Source: Acidimicrobiia bacterium
GTDB taxonomy: Bacteria > Actinomycetota > Acidimicrobiia > Acidimicrobiales > Aldehydirespiratoraceae
Assembly: GCA_022821685.1 (NCBI GenBank)
Contig: JAJEDD010000042.1
Location: 35,071 to 99,070, forward strand
Length of the DNA stretch: 64,000 nt
Direction: 5' to 3'
Position 1 is the first letter of the stretch, and every line of letters begins with the position of its first letter. This document shows, one piece after another, positions 41,985-51,469 of this stretch. The notes under the pieces are model-generated. The model was not told where the DNA came from and ran no database searches. It saw only the letters and a list, made by a program, of their open reading frames with translations. Both the position numbers and the translations under genes were made by a program.

Positions 41985-44297
41985 CTAGCCCGAGTTGCCG
42001 GGGTCGGATTCGGTCTGGTCGGCGCCCGTCTCACCGGCACCGGTCTGGTCACCGCCTCCGGTCTCGGTGTCTTCGCCCTCGGGCGGATCGACTTGATCGC
42101 CCTCGGTCTCCGACACCTCGCCCACCACCACGTCCACCGGGGTCTCGGCCGACACTTCGAGATTGGGCGGCGGCGTCTGGGCCAGGATCCGGCCTACATC
42201 GGTTGATCCCGGCTCCACCGGCTCGAACGTCACTATTCCCACCACCAGGCCGGCCCGCTCGACGGCCAGCTTCCCGGTGTCGAACAGCAGGCCCTGCACG
42301 TCGGGGATGGCCACCAGCGGCGGACCGTCCGAGATGATGACGAACACCTCCAAGCCGCTCGACACCGGCCATCCGTGGGGCGGATCGGTGTCGATGATCT
42401 GCCCCTCCTCCACCGTGGTCGAGGGCTCGCGCCGCTCCCCCACCCGGAATCCCTGTTCGATCAGGGTCTGGAAGGCCTGGCTCAGGGTCTGGCCCCGCAG
42501 GTCGGGCACGAAGATCTGGCCCGGCCCGGTGGAGACGGTGATGGTCACCGCCTCGCCCGGCGCGAGCTCGGTGTTCGACGACGGTTCCTGGCCCACCACA
42601 ATGCCCGCCTCGGCCTGGCTGGCGCCCTCGATCACGATCACCTCGTAGCCCGCACTCCGAAGAATGTCGGTGGCGTCGACCCGGTTGCGGCCCCGCACCG
42701 GCGGGACGGTTGGGGTCTCGCCCTGGCTCACGGTGAGCGCCACCGTGGTGCCCTCGTCGATCCGCTGTCCGGCCGGCGGACTCTGGGCGATCACGGTGTT
42801 CTCGGGCTGGCCGGTGTTGACCTGGTAGCTGGGCTCCGGCACCAGTCCGATCGAGCGCAGCTGGGCGTCGGCGTCGGCGTAGTTCAACCCCAGCACATCG
42901 GGCACATCGATCAGCGCGACGCTCTCGGAGGCGGCTGGTGCGTCGGTCCCGTTGTCGTCGTCGAGGCCCAGCGACTCATAGAAGGTCACTCCCAAGACGA
43001 CGAGGACCACTACCAGGGCGCCGAGGCCCAGCATCATCAGCAGGGCCCGCTTCCAGCCGTCGGAGCGGTGGACCTCCTCGTAGTAGTAGGCCGGTGGAAC
43101 GAACTGCTGGGGAGGGCCTTGCCCCGAGCCGGGCGCGGCTGGCACCTGGGCGGTGGAGCCGGTGGGCGGACCGCCGCCGGGCGGCGGGGCGGCAGCCACC
43201 GGACCAGTGCGGGGCCGCCCCGACATGGCCACCGGACCGGCCCGCGGCCGCCCTGGCGTGGCCACCGAACCGGTGCGGGGTCGGCCAGATGCAGCCACCG
43301 AACCCGTGCGGGGGTCTGGAGTCGCGGCCGGGCCGGAGCGCGGCCCCGACATCGCTACCGAGCCCGTGCGGGGGGTTGAGGTCGGGCCGGGAGCAGCCGA
43401 CGGTCTGGCCGCGGCACGATCGGCCGTCCCGGCCCGGGCGGGCGGGGCACCGATGCTGTGCGCACCGGCCAGGTAGCGCTGGAGGTCGGCGCGCAGGTCG
43501 TCGGCCCTGGGATAGCGCTTGGCCGGATTCTTGGCCAGCAGCTTCAAGATGATGGCCTCGAGCGACTCCACGATGCCCACGCCGAGCAGCGACGGCGGCA
43601 GCGGGCGCTCCTGCACATGCTTGACGGCCACCGCGGTCGAGGTCTCCGCGCTGAAGGGGGGCTTGCCCACGATCAACTCGTAGAGCACCACCCCCAGCGA
43701 GTACAGGTCGCTGCGGCCGTCGAGAGCCTTGTCCTGGGCCTGCTCGGGCGAGAAATACGTGGCCGTGCCCATGACCGACCCGATATGGGTGAGGTTGTCT
43801 CCGGTCCTTCGGGCCAGCGCGGTGGCTATGCCGAAGTCAGCCACCTTCACCTGGCCGTCGTCGCTCACGATGATGTTGCCGAGCTTGATGTCGCGGTGTA
43901 CCAGGCCCGCGTTGTGGGCGCTGCTGAGCGCCTCGGCCACGTCCGATGCGATCTCAGCGGCCCGGTCACCACTGAGCCGACCGGTGGAACGCAGCACGTC
44001 GGCCATGTTGCGGCCCACCACGTACTCCATCACTATGTAGTAGGTGCCCTGCTCTTGACCCCAGTCGTAGATGCCGACGATGTTGGGGTGATTCAGGTTG
44101 GCCGCGGCCTTTGCCTCCCGGCGGAAACGCTCGACGAAACTGGGATCATTGGCGAACTCGGGGAACAGAACCTTCACCGCCACCTGGCGGTCGAGCGACG
44201 CGTCGCGGGCCAGGTAGACATCGGCCATTCCGCCCCGCCCGATGCGCCGGAGCAGTTCGTAGCGACCGTTGAACACGGTCAGTCCCTCGTCTGACAC
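41985..44297 (-). CDS. pknB: PASTA-domain Ser/Thr protein kinase
   Basis: GRGGMADV, HRDIK, DFGIA, GTATYFSPEQ, TM helix, four PASTA repeats. Confidence 0.93.
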   Translation of the reverse strand: MSDEGLTVFNGRYELLRRIGRGGMADVYLARDASLDRQVAVKVLFPEFANDPSFVERFRREAKAAANLNHPNIVGIYDWGQEQGTYYIVMEYVVGRNMADVLRSTGRLSGDRAAEIASDVAEALSSAHNAGLVHRDIKLGNIIVSDDGQVKVADFGIATALARRTGDNLTHIGSVMGTATYFSPEQAQDKALDGRSDLYSLGVVLYELIVGKPPFSAETSTAVAVKHVQERPLPPSLLGVGIVESLEAIILKLLAKNPAKRYPRADDLRADLQRYLAGAHSIGAPPARAGTADRAAARPSAAPGPTSTPRTGSVAMSGPRSGPAATPDPRTGSVAASGRPRTGSVATPGRPRAGPVAMSGRPRTGPVAAAPPPGGGPPTGSTAQVPAAPGSGQGPPQQFVPPAYYYEEVHRSDGWKRALLMMLGLGALVVVLVVLGVTFYESLGLDDDNGTDAPAASESVALIDVPDVLGLNYADADAQLRSIGLVPEPSYQVNTGQPENTVIAQSPPAGQRIDEGTTVALTVSQGETPTVPPVRGRNRVDATDILRSAGYEVIVIEGASQAEAGIVVGQEPSSNTELAPGEAVTITVSTGPGQIFVPDLRGQTLSQAFQTLIEQGFRVGERREPSTTVEEGQIIDTDPPHGWPVSSGLEVFVIISDGPPLVAIPDVQGLLFDTGKLAVERAGLVVGIVTFEPVEPGSTDVGRILAQTPPPNLEVSAETPVDVVVGEVSETEGDQVDPPEGEDTETGGGDQTGAGETGADQTESDPGNSG
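43190..43375 (-). repeat. Intragenic 30-33 bp tandem repeats in the pknB juxtamembrane linker
   Basis: PRTGSVAMSG / PRSGPAATPD / PRTGSVAASGR / PRTGSVATPGR / PRAGPVAMSGR / PRTGPVAA. Confidence 0.8.
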
Positions 44298-44376
44298 CGT
44301 CAGTCATTGTAACGGCCACCCCCGAACCGGCAGATTGAGGCATCCTCGCTCGCCTAGGAGGGCGCGCTCCTGGAGA

Positions 44377-45150
44377 TCAGGCCGCGACGGCGGGGTGGAA
44401 CCCGAGCACCAATTGGCCGGGGCGGCTGGGGTCGAGTTCGGGATCGCCTGCGACCTCGACAACGACCGCGGTTGCGTTGTCACGGCCACGGCCGGGGCGC
44501 ACCGCACGCTGCACCAGGCGGCTGGCGGCATCCGAGGGGTCATCGGCAAACCGCAGGATCTCGGCGATCTCGGGTTCGGGCACCTCGTTGCTCAGCCCGT
44601 CGCTGCACAACAGGAAGCGGGTTCCGCCGACCGCGGCCAACTCCCAGCCGTCGACATACACCCGAGGCTCGAGTCCGACCGCTCGGGTGAGGGTGTGCCG
44701 GTCGACGTGCTCGACTGCCTCGGCGGCCGAGATGATCCCGTCGCGCCGCAGATTCTCAGAGATGGTGTGGTCGACGCTCACCTGGCTCAGGCCGCCGCGG
44801 TAGAGCGCGTACAGCCGGGAGTCGCCCACGTTGCAGGCGGCCAGCCGCGACCGGCCGACATGGGCCAGCACGCACAGCGTGGTCGATGTCTCGAACAGGC
44901 GAGGATCGTCCTTGGCGGCCTCCAATATCGCCTCGTTGACCGTGCCCACCAGCGCGATCAGCTGATCCAGGGACTCGACGCGCTCAGCCTCGGCGAGAAT
45001 CTCGGCGGCGATGCCCGCCGCGGTGCCCCCGCCCCGGTGGCTGCCGACCCCGTCGGCCACCGCAAAGAGGTCGCTGCGGGCGACATGGCGATCTTGATTC
45101 TCGCGGCGGCGCAGACCCACATGGGTGGCCGCCCCATAGTCCAGACGCAC
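44377..45150 (-). CDS. PP2C-family Ser/Thr phosphatase (PstP-like, soluble)
   Basis: RRENQD, VADGVG, NVGDSRLY, LLCSDGLS, RDNAT. Confidence 0.93.
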   Translation of the reverse strand: MRLDYGAATHVGLRRRENQDRHVARSDLFAVADGVGSHRGGGTAAGIAAEILAEAERVESLDQLIALVGTVNEAILEAAKDDPRLFETSTTLCVLAHVGRSRLAACNVGDSRLYALYRGGLSQVSVDHTISENLRRDGIISAAEAVEHVDRHTLTRAVGLEPRVYVDGWELAAVGGTRFLLCSDGLSNEVPEPEIAEILRFADDPSDAASRLVQRAVRPGRGRDNATAVVVEVAGDPELDPSRPGQLVLGFHPAVAA

Positions 45151-45236
45151 CCCGGCGATGCTAGTAGCCGCCCGATTCTCCCCTGACCGGAGGCCGAGCG
45201 ATTCTGGCTGGCGGTCCGCTAGCCTCTCGGGGCCAC

Positions 45237-45321
<85 letters not shown>

Positions 45322-45333
45322 CCCCTCTATATC

Positions 45334-46056
45334 TCAGCGGGCGAAGGCGGCAAGCCACTGCTCGCGGCTGGTGGGGCTGAACACGTAGTTGCGCTCTCGG
45401 GTGGTGCCCATGGTGGCCGACGACTCCAGCGAGTAGCGATGGCCCGGATACAGCACCGCCTCGTCGGGCACCCGGGCCAGCCGGGTGGTGAGGCTCTCAT
45501 ACATCTGGGCCGGGTCGGAGCCGGGCAGGTCCATGCGCCCGCAGCCCTCGAGGAAGAGGGTGTCGCCGGCTACCAGCCGGCCGTCCACCAGGAAACACTG
45601 GCTGCCGGGGGTGTGGCCCGGCGTGGCGATCAGTTCGATGTCGACCGCGCCCACTGTCACCACGTCGGCTGAGGCGTGGCTGACCAGACAGTCGGCGTCC
45701 ACCCCGGTCACCTTGCGCACGTATTCGGCCTCAGCGCCCTGGACGTGGATCGGCGCCGACACCCGCTCCAGCAGCCGGCTGATGCCCTCGATGCTGAGGC
45801 CCATCATCTCGCCGCCCACATGGTCGGGGTGGTAGTGGGTGGCCAGCACGCCGACGCAGGCCATGTCATCGGCCTCCAGCCGGTCGAGCAGTTCCCAGGT
45901 GTCGTAGGCGGGATCGACGAGCACGGCCTGGCCCGTCCGGCGGTCGCCGATCGCGTAGACGAAGTTCACCATCTGGCAGGCCAGCGGGTCGCCCGCCGCG
46001 AAGTCGCGCCCCGACAGCCACTGGCGGAAGTACAGCCGATCCTCCACGCCGGTCAC
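45334..46056 (-). CDS. MBL-fold metallo-hydrolase (glyoxalase II-like)
   Basis: THYHPDHVGG, TPGHTPGSQC, GDTLFLEGCGR, YPGH. Confidence 0.9.
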   Translation of the reverse strand: MTGVEDRLYFRQWLSGRDFAAGDPLACQMVNFVYAIGDRRTGQAVLVDPAYDTWELLDRLEADDMACVGVLATHYHPDHVGGEMMGLSIEGISRLLERVSAPIHVQGAEAEYVRKVTGVDADCLVSHASADVVTVGAVDIELIATPGHTPGSQCFLVDGRLVAGDTLFLEGCGRMDLPGSDPAQMYESLTTRLARVPDEAVLYPGHRYSLESSATMGTTRERNYVFSPTSREQWLAAFAR

Positions 46057-46209
46057 CGGCCACCGCCCAGGGCCCCGTGAAGCGCACCAAGGCCCCCGCG
46101 GAAGTGCAGCCGATCCTCCACGCCGGTCACCCTATGGGGTTCGGCCACCGAGCGGGTAGGCCCATCTCGCTGGCGCTGATCCCGGCGGCGGGGCCGTACC
46201 CTGCCGTGG

Positions 46210-47133
46210 ATGGAGCCAACCGTCGGATACCTGGGCCCGCCGGGGACGTTCACCGAGCAGGCGATCTACTCCCAGCCCGATCTGGCCCGCATGAACCACC
46301 GGCCCATCAACTCGATCGTCGATGTGCTGCGGGCGGTCGGCAGCGGCGAGGTCGATCTGGGGCTGGTGGCCATCGAGAACATGATCGAGGGGTCGGTCAC
46401 CGCCACCCTCGACGCGCTGGCCTTCGACACCGACCTGTTCATCCAGCGCGAGGTGATCATCGACGTCAACCTCAACCTGCTGGTCGTCCCCGGCACGGCG
46501 CTGGAGTCAGTACAGCGGATCCGCTCCTATCCGGTGGCCCACGCCCAGTGCCGCGAGTATCTGGCCGCGCAGCTCCCCGGCGCGGTGTTCGAGGCCACCA
46601 ATTCCACCGCCGATGCGGCCCGCAGCCTGGCCGAATCGGGCGACCGCACCACCGCGGCCATCGCCCCGCTGCGCTCGGCGGAGGTGTACGGGCTGGACGT
46701 GCTGGCCGCCGACATCGCCGACCGTGCCGACAACCAGACCCGCTTCGTGCTGGTCGGCGCCGACGTGATCGCCGCGCCGACCGGCCACGACAAGACGAGC
46801 ATGGTCGTCTACCAGCGCTCCGACGTGCCGGGCTCGCTCATCGGCATCCTGGGCGAGTTCGCGGCCCGGTCCATCAACCTCACCAGCCTCCAGAGCCGCC
46901 CCACCAAGTCCAGCCTGGGCCAGTACTGCTTTCTGCTCGACTGCGAGGGCCACATCGCCAACGAGGTGGTGGCCGACGCCCTGCGCAACCTGAGCATGAA
47001 GACGTCCCGGGTGAAGTTCCTCGGCTCCTACCCGTCGGCGACGGCCGACCATCACGACCAGGTGATGAACCAGGCCGAGATGCGCAAGGCGTCCGCCTGG
47101 ATCGAAGACCTGAGAGCCCGGATCCCTAGATAG
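46210..47133 (+). CDS. pheA: Prephenate dehydratase
   Basis: YLGPPGTFTEQA, IENMIEGSV, NQTRF, SRPTK, FLGSYP. Confidence 0.95.
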   Translation: MEPTVGYLGPPGTFTEQAIYSQPDLARMNHRPINSIVDVLRAVGSGEVDLGLVAIENMIEGSVTATLDALAFDTDLFIQREVIIDVNLNLLVVPGTALESVQRIRSYPVAHAQCREYLAAQLPGAVFEATNSTADAARSLAESGDRTTAAIAPLRSAEVYGLDVLAADIADRADNQTRFVLVGADVIAAPTGHDKTSMVVYQRSDVPGSLIGILGEFAARSINLTSLQSRPTKSSLGQYCFLLDCEGHIANEVVADALRNLSMKTSRVKFLGSYPSATADHHDQVMNQAEMRKASAWIEDLRARIPR

Positions 47134-47162
47134 GGGCCGTTCAGTCTCTTATCCTTGGCGGC

Positions 47163-47249
47163 GGAGGGATGGCAGAGCGGACGATTGCGACGGTCTTGAA
47201 AACCGTTGGGCCTTCACCGGTCCCGGGGGTTCGAATCCCCCTCCCTCCG
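47163..47249 (+). tRNA. tRNA-Ser(TGA)
   Basis: Acceptor GGAGGGA/TCCCTCC, anticodon arm ACGGT-CTTGAAA-ACCGT, long variable arm. Confidence 0.95.
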
Positions 47250-47286
47250 CCCGCTACCGGCAACTTCCCATCGTGAGGAGGTCGCC

Positions 47287-48576
47287 GTGATCCGTTTGCG
47301 CTCACGCTTGGCCGTTCTGGCTGTAGTCGCGGCAACGGCGGCCGCTTGCGGGTCCAACGGCGACGAAGCCGCGTCGACCCCCGCGACCACGGCGCCAACT
47401 ACCACCGCGGCCCCCGCCCCAACCGTGTCGCCGCCTGCAACAGCCGCACCTACATCAGGCGCCGCTACGACAGGCGCCGACGAACCCACAGCCGCTGTCA
47501 CGACAACCACCCCGGCAGCTCCTGCCACAACGACCGCGGCCACCACCGACACGACAACCACTGCGACCACTACAACGACCACCACCACGCTGCCACCCGT
47601 GGCCGACTCGCCGTGGGAGCGGGTTGTAGGCACCGAGGACTGCGCCTGCGCCGACGGCAGCGAGTACGTCTACTGGGTGCGACAGGGCGACCCGTCAAAG
47701 CTGGTCTTCTACCTGGAGGGCGGCGGGGCCTGCTTCAGCGACGGGACCTGCTCTTTCAGCACCGGCAACTACGACCCGACCGCCGATGATTCCGACCCCT
47801 ACGACAACCCGTACTACTGGCCGGGCATATTCGACTTCGACAACCCTCTCAACCCGCTCAGGCACCACTCCTTCGTGGTGGCGCTGTACTGCACCGGCGA
47901 CATCCACATCGGCAACAACACCCACGACTACGGCCGCGGCGTGGTGGTGCGCCACAACGGTTTCGTGAACGCCAACACCGCACTCGACACCGCGGTCGAG
48001 CGCTTCGGCGGAGCGACCGAGGTGGTGGTGGCCGGAACCAGCGCCGGGTCGGCCGCGGCGCCCCTGTACGGCGGTCTGGCCGCCGACCGGTTCCCGCAGG
48101 CCGACATCGCGGTGATGGCCGACTCCTCGGGCGCCTACCCCAGCGTCCCGGCGGTGAACGCCGGCATCGGCGAGCTGTGGGGCACGTTCAGCGCGGTGCC
48201 GGACTGGCCGGTCAACCAAGACGTGACACCCGAGCAGTGGGGCCTGCCCGAGCTGTTCATCCAGGCCGGGCGCCACGCTCCGAGGATCCGGTTCGGCCGG
48301 TTCGACAACGCCTTCGACCGCACTCAGGAGTTCTTCGCCCGGCTGGCCGGATTCGACGCCAGCCGGCTCGATGAGCTGATGCTGCTGAACGAGTCGCGGA
48401 TCGAGGAGGCCGGCGTCAGCCAGGCCAGCTTCACCGCGCCGGGCCGCGACCACGGAATCCTGCCCCGCGACTCCTTCTACGACCTGGAGGTCGAGGGCAT
48501 ATCGTTCCTCGACTGGTTCACCCGGTTCCTGCAAGGCGACGACGTAGCCGACCTAACCTGCACGGACTGCGCCTAG
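47287..48576 (+). CDS. Pectinacetylesterase/Notum-family lipoprotein with Thr/Ala/Pro-rich tether
   Basis: GAGGAG RBS, lipobox AAAC, CADGS, YLEGGGAC, YCTGDIHIG, nucleophile GTSAG, ADSSG. Confidence 0.82.
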   Translation: MIRLRSRLAVLAVVAATAAACGSNGDEAASTPATTAPTTTAAPAPTVSPPATAAPTSGAATTGADEPTAAVTTTTPAAPATTTAATTDTTTTATTTTTTTTLPPVADSPWERVVGTEDCACADGSEYVYWVRQGDPSKLVFYLEGGGACFSDGTCSFSTGNYDPTADDSDPYDNPYYWPGIFDFDNPLNPLRHHSFVVALYCTGDIHIGNNTHDYGRGVVVRHNGFVNANTALDTAVERFGGATEVVVAGTSAGSAAAPLYGGLAADRFPQADIAVMADSSGAYPSVPAVNAGIGELWGTFSAVPDWPVNQDVTPEQWGLPELFIQAGRHAPRIRFGRFDNAFDRTQEFFARLAGFDASRLDELMLLNESRIEEAGVSQASFTAPGRDHGILPRDSFYDLEVEGISFLDWFTRFLQGDDVADLTCTDCA

Positions 48577-48647
48577 AGGCCGAGCTTGCGAGGCCGTGGC
48601 CCGAGCGGCCCGTGAGCGCAGCGAACAAGAGCGGGAATGACCCCGCT
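48576..48647 (+). repeat. Dispersed repeat, full copy overlapping the stop codon of the lipoprotein gene
   Basis: Same 61 bp as the ctaA copy, plus the ATGACCCCGCT tail shared with the 14322 copy. Confidence 0.93.
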
Positions 48648-48716
48648 GCGACGCAACAGCCTCGTAGCGGCCCGCGGACGCTCGAAGGGCCGACACGCGG
48701 TACGCTCGGGGCTTCC

Positions 48717-48805
48717 GGAGACGTGGCCGAGTCTGGTTGAAGGCGCTTCCCTGCTAAGGAAGTAACGATGCAAGTCGTTCGTGGGTTCGAATCCCACCGT
48801 CTCCG
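48717..48805 (+). tRNA. tRNA-Ser(GCT)
   Basis: Acceptor GGAGACG/CGTCTCC, anticodon arm CTTCC-CTGCTAA-GGAAG. Confidence 0.95.
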
Positions 48806-48876
48806 CGCTTTGTGTCGGGGCTAGTCCGGTCGGGGGCTTTGGGGTCGTGGGGGGCGCTACACTGCGGCTTCCCCTA

Positions 48877-48951
48877 GCGCTCGTAGCTCAATTTGGATAG
48901 AGCATCTGACTACGGATCAGAAGGTTGGGGGTTCGAGTCCCTCCGAGCGCG
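48877..48951 (+). tRNA. tRNA-Arg(ACG)
   Basis: Acceptor GCGCTCG/CGAGCGC, anticodon arm TCTGA-CTACGGA-TCAGA. Confidence 0.95.
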
Positions 48952-48985
48952 CTGAATCCAGTCCGGTTGCCTGGCCGGGCGGTGG

Positions 48986-51031
48986 TCAGTCGTCTTGGAC
49001 TACGACCTTCGACAACAGGGCGTGGGGCAGGGGCTGGTAGTCGTGGTGCTCGGCGCTGAAGGTGCCGGTGCCGCCGGTCATCGACCGCAGGTCGATCACG
49101 TAGCTGAGGATCTCCGAGGTGGGCACGTGGGCCCGGATCACGCTGGTGCCCGCCGCCGAACCGGGCTCGGTGCCGAACACCTGTCCCCGGCGCGAGTTCA
49201 GGTCGCCCAGCACGTCGCCCTGGTAGCTGTCGGGCACCTCCACGCTGATCTCGCTGATCGGCTCGAGCACCGCGCTGCCGGCCTGCTCCACCGCCTGCTT
49301 GAGGGCCAGCGACCCGGCGATCTTGAAGCTCATCTCCGACGAGTCCACCGAGTGGTGCTTGCCGTCGTAGCACACCGCCCGCAGGTCCACCATCGGAAAG
49401 CCGTGCCGGCCGCCGTTGGCCATGGCCTCGCCGATGCCGGCCCCCACTGCGGGGATCAGGTTGCGGGGTATGGCGCCGCCGCTCACCTCGGTGTCGAACT
49501 CGTAGCCGCCGCCCCTGGCCAGCGGCTCGAAGCGCACCATGGCCACCGCGAACTGCCCGTGGCCGCCGCTCTGCTTCTTGTGTTTGGCCTCCACGTCGGC
49601 GGGGCGGGCCAGCGTCTCGAGGTACGCCACCTTCATGTCCTCCACCTCGAAGTCGATCCCCATGCGCTCGAGGCGCGACCGCACCACCCGGATGTGGGCC
49701 TCGCCCGCCCCCGACAGCACCGTCTGGCGAGTGGTGGGATCCTGGCGGATCACCAGGCTGGGATCCTCGGTGGCGAAGCGGCGCAGCGCCGAGGCCAGCT
49801 TGTCCTCCTGGGCCGGGGCCGTGGCGTGCACCGCCACCCCGTACACCGGTGTCGGCGGCGGCGTGATCGGCACCGAGAGGGCAGAATCATTCGACAGCGT
49901 GTCGCCGGTGCGCACGTCGCCGAGCTTGGTGACGGCCACGATGTCGCCGGCTGCGACCTGACCTGTGCCCTGGTGGTCGGCGCCGGTGAACGACATGAGA
50001 TTGTGGAGCCGCTCCTTGTCGCCGGTGCGGCTGTTGACCAGGTTGTCGTTGGAGCGGATCGTCCCCGACAGCACCCTCAGCAACGAGATCTGCCCGAGGA
50101 AGTCGTCGATGCGGGTCTTGAACACCAACGCTGCCGGCGATGCCGACTCGTCGCTGGCCAGCTCCACCGACTCGCCGCCCCGCACCGCGGCCACCGGTCC
50201 GTTGGCGCCGGGGGCGGGGCCGACCCGGCCGATGAAGTCGAGCAGATGGTCCACGCCGATGGGCTTGGCCGCCGAGCCGCACAGCACCGGGAACACACTG
50301 CACTGGGCCACCGCGTCGCGGATGAGCTGCTGCAGCTGCTCCTGGGTCGGCTCGACGCCCTCCAGATACTGCTCGAGCAGCTCGTCGTCGCCCTCCACCA
50401 CATCCTCTACCAGCTGGGTGCGGCCGTCGGACGCGGCCGGGGCCACATCGTCGGGTACGGGCGCGTCGGCCGACTGCCCGCTGCTGTAGTCGAGGGCGCC
50501 GTCGCCCACCAGATCGGCGATGCCGTGGAACGAGGCCTCCGCCCCCAGCGGCAGCTCCACCGCCTCAACGCGCGAGCCGAAATGCGACTGCAGGTCGTCG
50601 AGGGTGCGCTCGAAGGAGGAGCGCTCCCGGTCCAGCCCGTTGACGAACACCAGCCGGGGCAGGCCCAACCGCTCGGCGTGGCGCCACATCACCTGGTCCT
50701 GGGCCTGGACCCCCGACACTGCGTCCACCACGAACACGGCCAGGTCGGCGGCATGCATGCCGTTGACGGCGTCGCCCACGAAGTCGGTGTATCCGGGGGT
50801 GTCGATCAGGTTGACCCGGTGGCCCCGCCAGTCGAACGATGCCAGCGACACGGTCAGGCTCTGGTGGCGGGCCCGCTCCTCGGGGTCGTAGTCGCAGTGG
50901 GCGGTGCCCTCGTCGACCCGGCCCATCCGGCTCACCACGCCGGCCCGGTACAGCATCGCCTCGGCCAGGGTGGTCTTGCCGTTGCCGTTGTGGCCGACGA
51001 GGACGACGTTTCTGATGGATGGCGACGACAC
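48986..51031 (-). CDS. Elongation factor G paralog (EF-G2-like)
   Basis: GHNGNGKTT, DTPGYTDF, KKQSGGHGQFA, HHSVDSSEMSF, GDLNSRRG; not in the str operon. Confidence 0.9.
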   Translation of the reverse strand: MSSPSIRNVVLVGHNGNGKTTLAEAMLYRAGVVSRMGRVDEGTAHCDYDPEERARHQSLTVSLASFDWRGHRVNLIDTPGYTDFVGDAVNGMHAADLAVFVVDAVSGVQAQDQVMWRHAERLGLPRLVFVNGLDRERSSFERTLDDLQSHFGSRVEAVELPLGAEASFHGIADLVGDGALDYSSGQSADAPVPDDVAPAASDGRTQLVEDVVEGDDELLEQYLEGVEPTQEQLQQLIRDAVAQCSVFPVLCGSAAKPIGVDHLLDFIGRVGPAPGANGPVAAVRGGESVELASDESASPAALVFKTRIDDFLGQISLLRVLSGTIRSNDNLVNSRTGDKERLHNLMSFTGADHQGTGQVAAGDIVAVTKLGDVRTGDTLSNDSALSVPITPPPTPVYGVAVHATAPAQEDKLASALRRFATEDPSLVIRQDPTTRQTVLSGAGEAHIRVVRSRLERMGIDFEVEDMKVAYLETLARPADVEAKHKKQSGGHGQFAVAMVRFEPLARGGGYEFDTEVSGGAIPRNLIPAVGAGIGEAMANGGRHGFPMVDLRAVCYDGKHHSVDSSEMSFKIAGSLALKQAVEQAGSAVLEPISEISVEVPDSYQGDVLGDLNSRRGQVFGTEPGSAAGTSVIRAHVPTSEILSYVIDLRSMTGGTGTFSAEHHDYQPLPHALLSKVVVQDD

Positions 51032-51119
51032 GCTGACTATCCCTCCCGTTGGTAGGCCTGCGCACGCATGGGAACGCCGACCCTAACCCCCGCCGCCGCC
51101 GACGGCTAGTGGGCCCCCC

Positions 51120-51231
51120 GAGGCCGAGCCTGCGAGGCCGTGGCCCGAGCGGCCCGTGAGCGCAGCGAACAAGAGCGGGAAACCGAGGCCGAGCCTGCGA
51201 GGCCGTGGCCCGAGCGGCCCGTGAGCGCAGC
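51120..51231 (+). repeat. Dispersed repeat, tandem pair (65-bp period)
   Basis: Full copy at 51120-51180 and 3'-truncated copy at 51185-51231. Confidence 0.92.
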
Positions 51232-51240
51232 TCCGCGGGA

Positions 51241-51438
51241 TCAGTCCTCGATCAACTCGACTGCGTACTCGGGGCAGTTGTCGAAAGCCAGGCGGGCCTT
51301 CTCCTCCAGTTCGGGGGCCACCTCGCCGTCGCCGATCTCGAAGGCCGTGCCCTCGTCGTCCACGTCGAACAGTTCCGGCGCCAGCATGTAGCAGCGGTTG
51401 TGGCCCTGGCAGGCCTCCTGGTCGACACGAACTCTCAT
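51241..51438 (-). CDS. Small ferredoxin ([3Fe-4S] type)
   Basis: MRVRVDQEACQGHNRCYMLAPELF...NCPEYAV (CxxHxxC...CP). Confidence 0.9.
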   Translation of the reverse strand: MRVRVDQEACQGHNRCYMLAPELFDVDDEGTAFEIGDGEVAPELEEKARLAFDNCPEYAVELIED

Positions 51439-51469
51439 GGCAACTTCCCTTCCGGCAGGGGGGGGGGGA

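Noticed and set aside
47370-47600. Thr-rich low-complexity tract as a distinct repeat element
   Set aside because: Ordinary lipoprotein tether sequence
47163-48951. Genomic island integrated at tRNA-Ser
   Set aside because: No integrase and no duplicated tRNA 3' end; the second tRNA-Ser is a complete, different isoacceptor
51120-51231. Tandem repeat pair as a mini-CRISPR
   Set aside because: Two copies of the dispersed repeat separated by 4 nt; no spacer
51458-51468. G11 homopolymer as a phase-variation tract
   Set aside because: Intergenic, just after the mttB stop and not within an identifiable promoter or CDS
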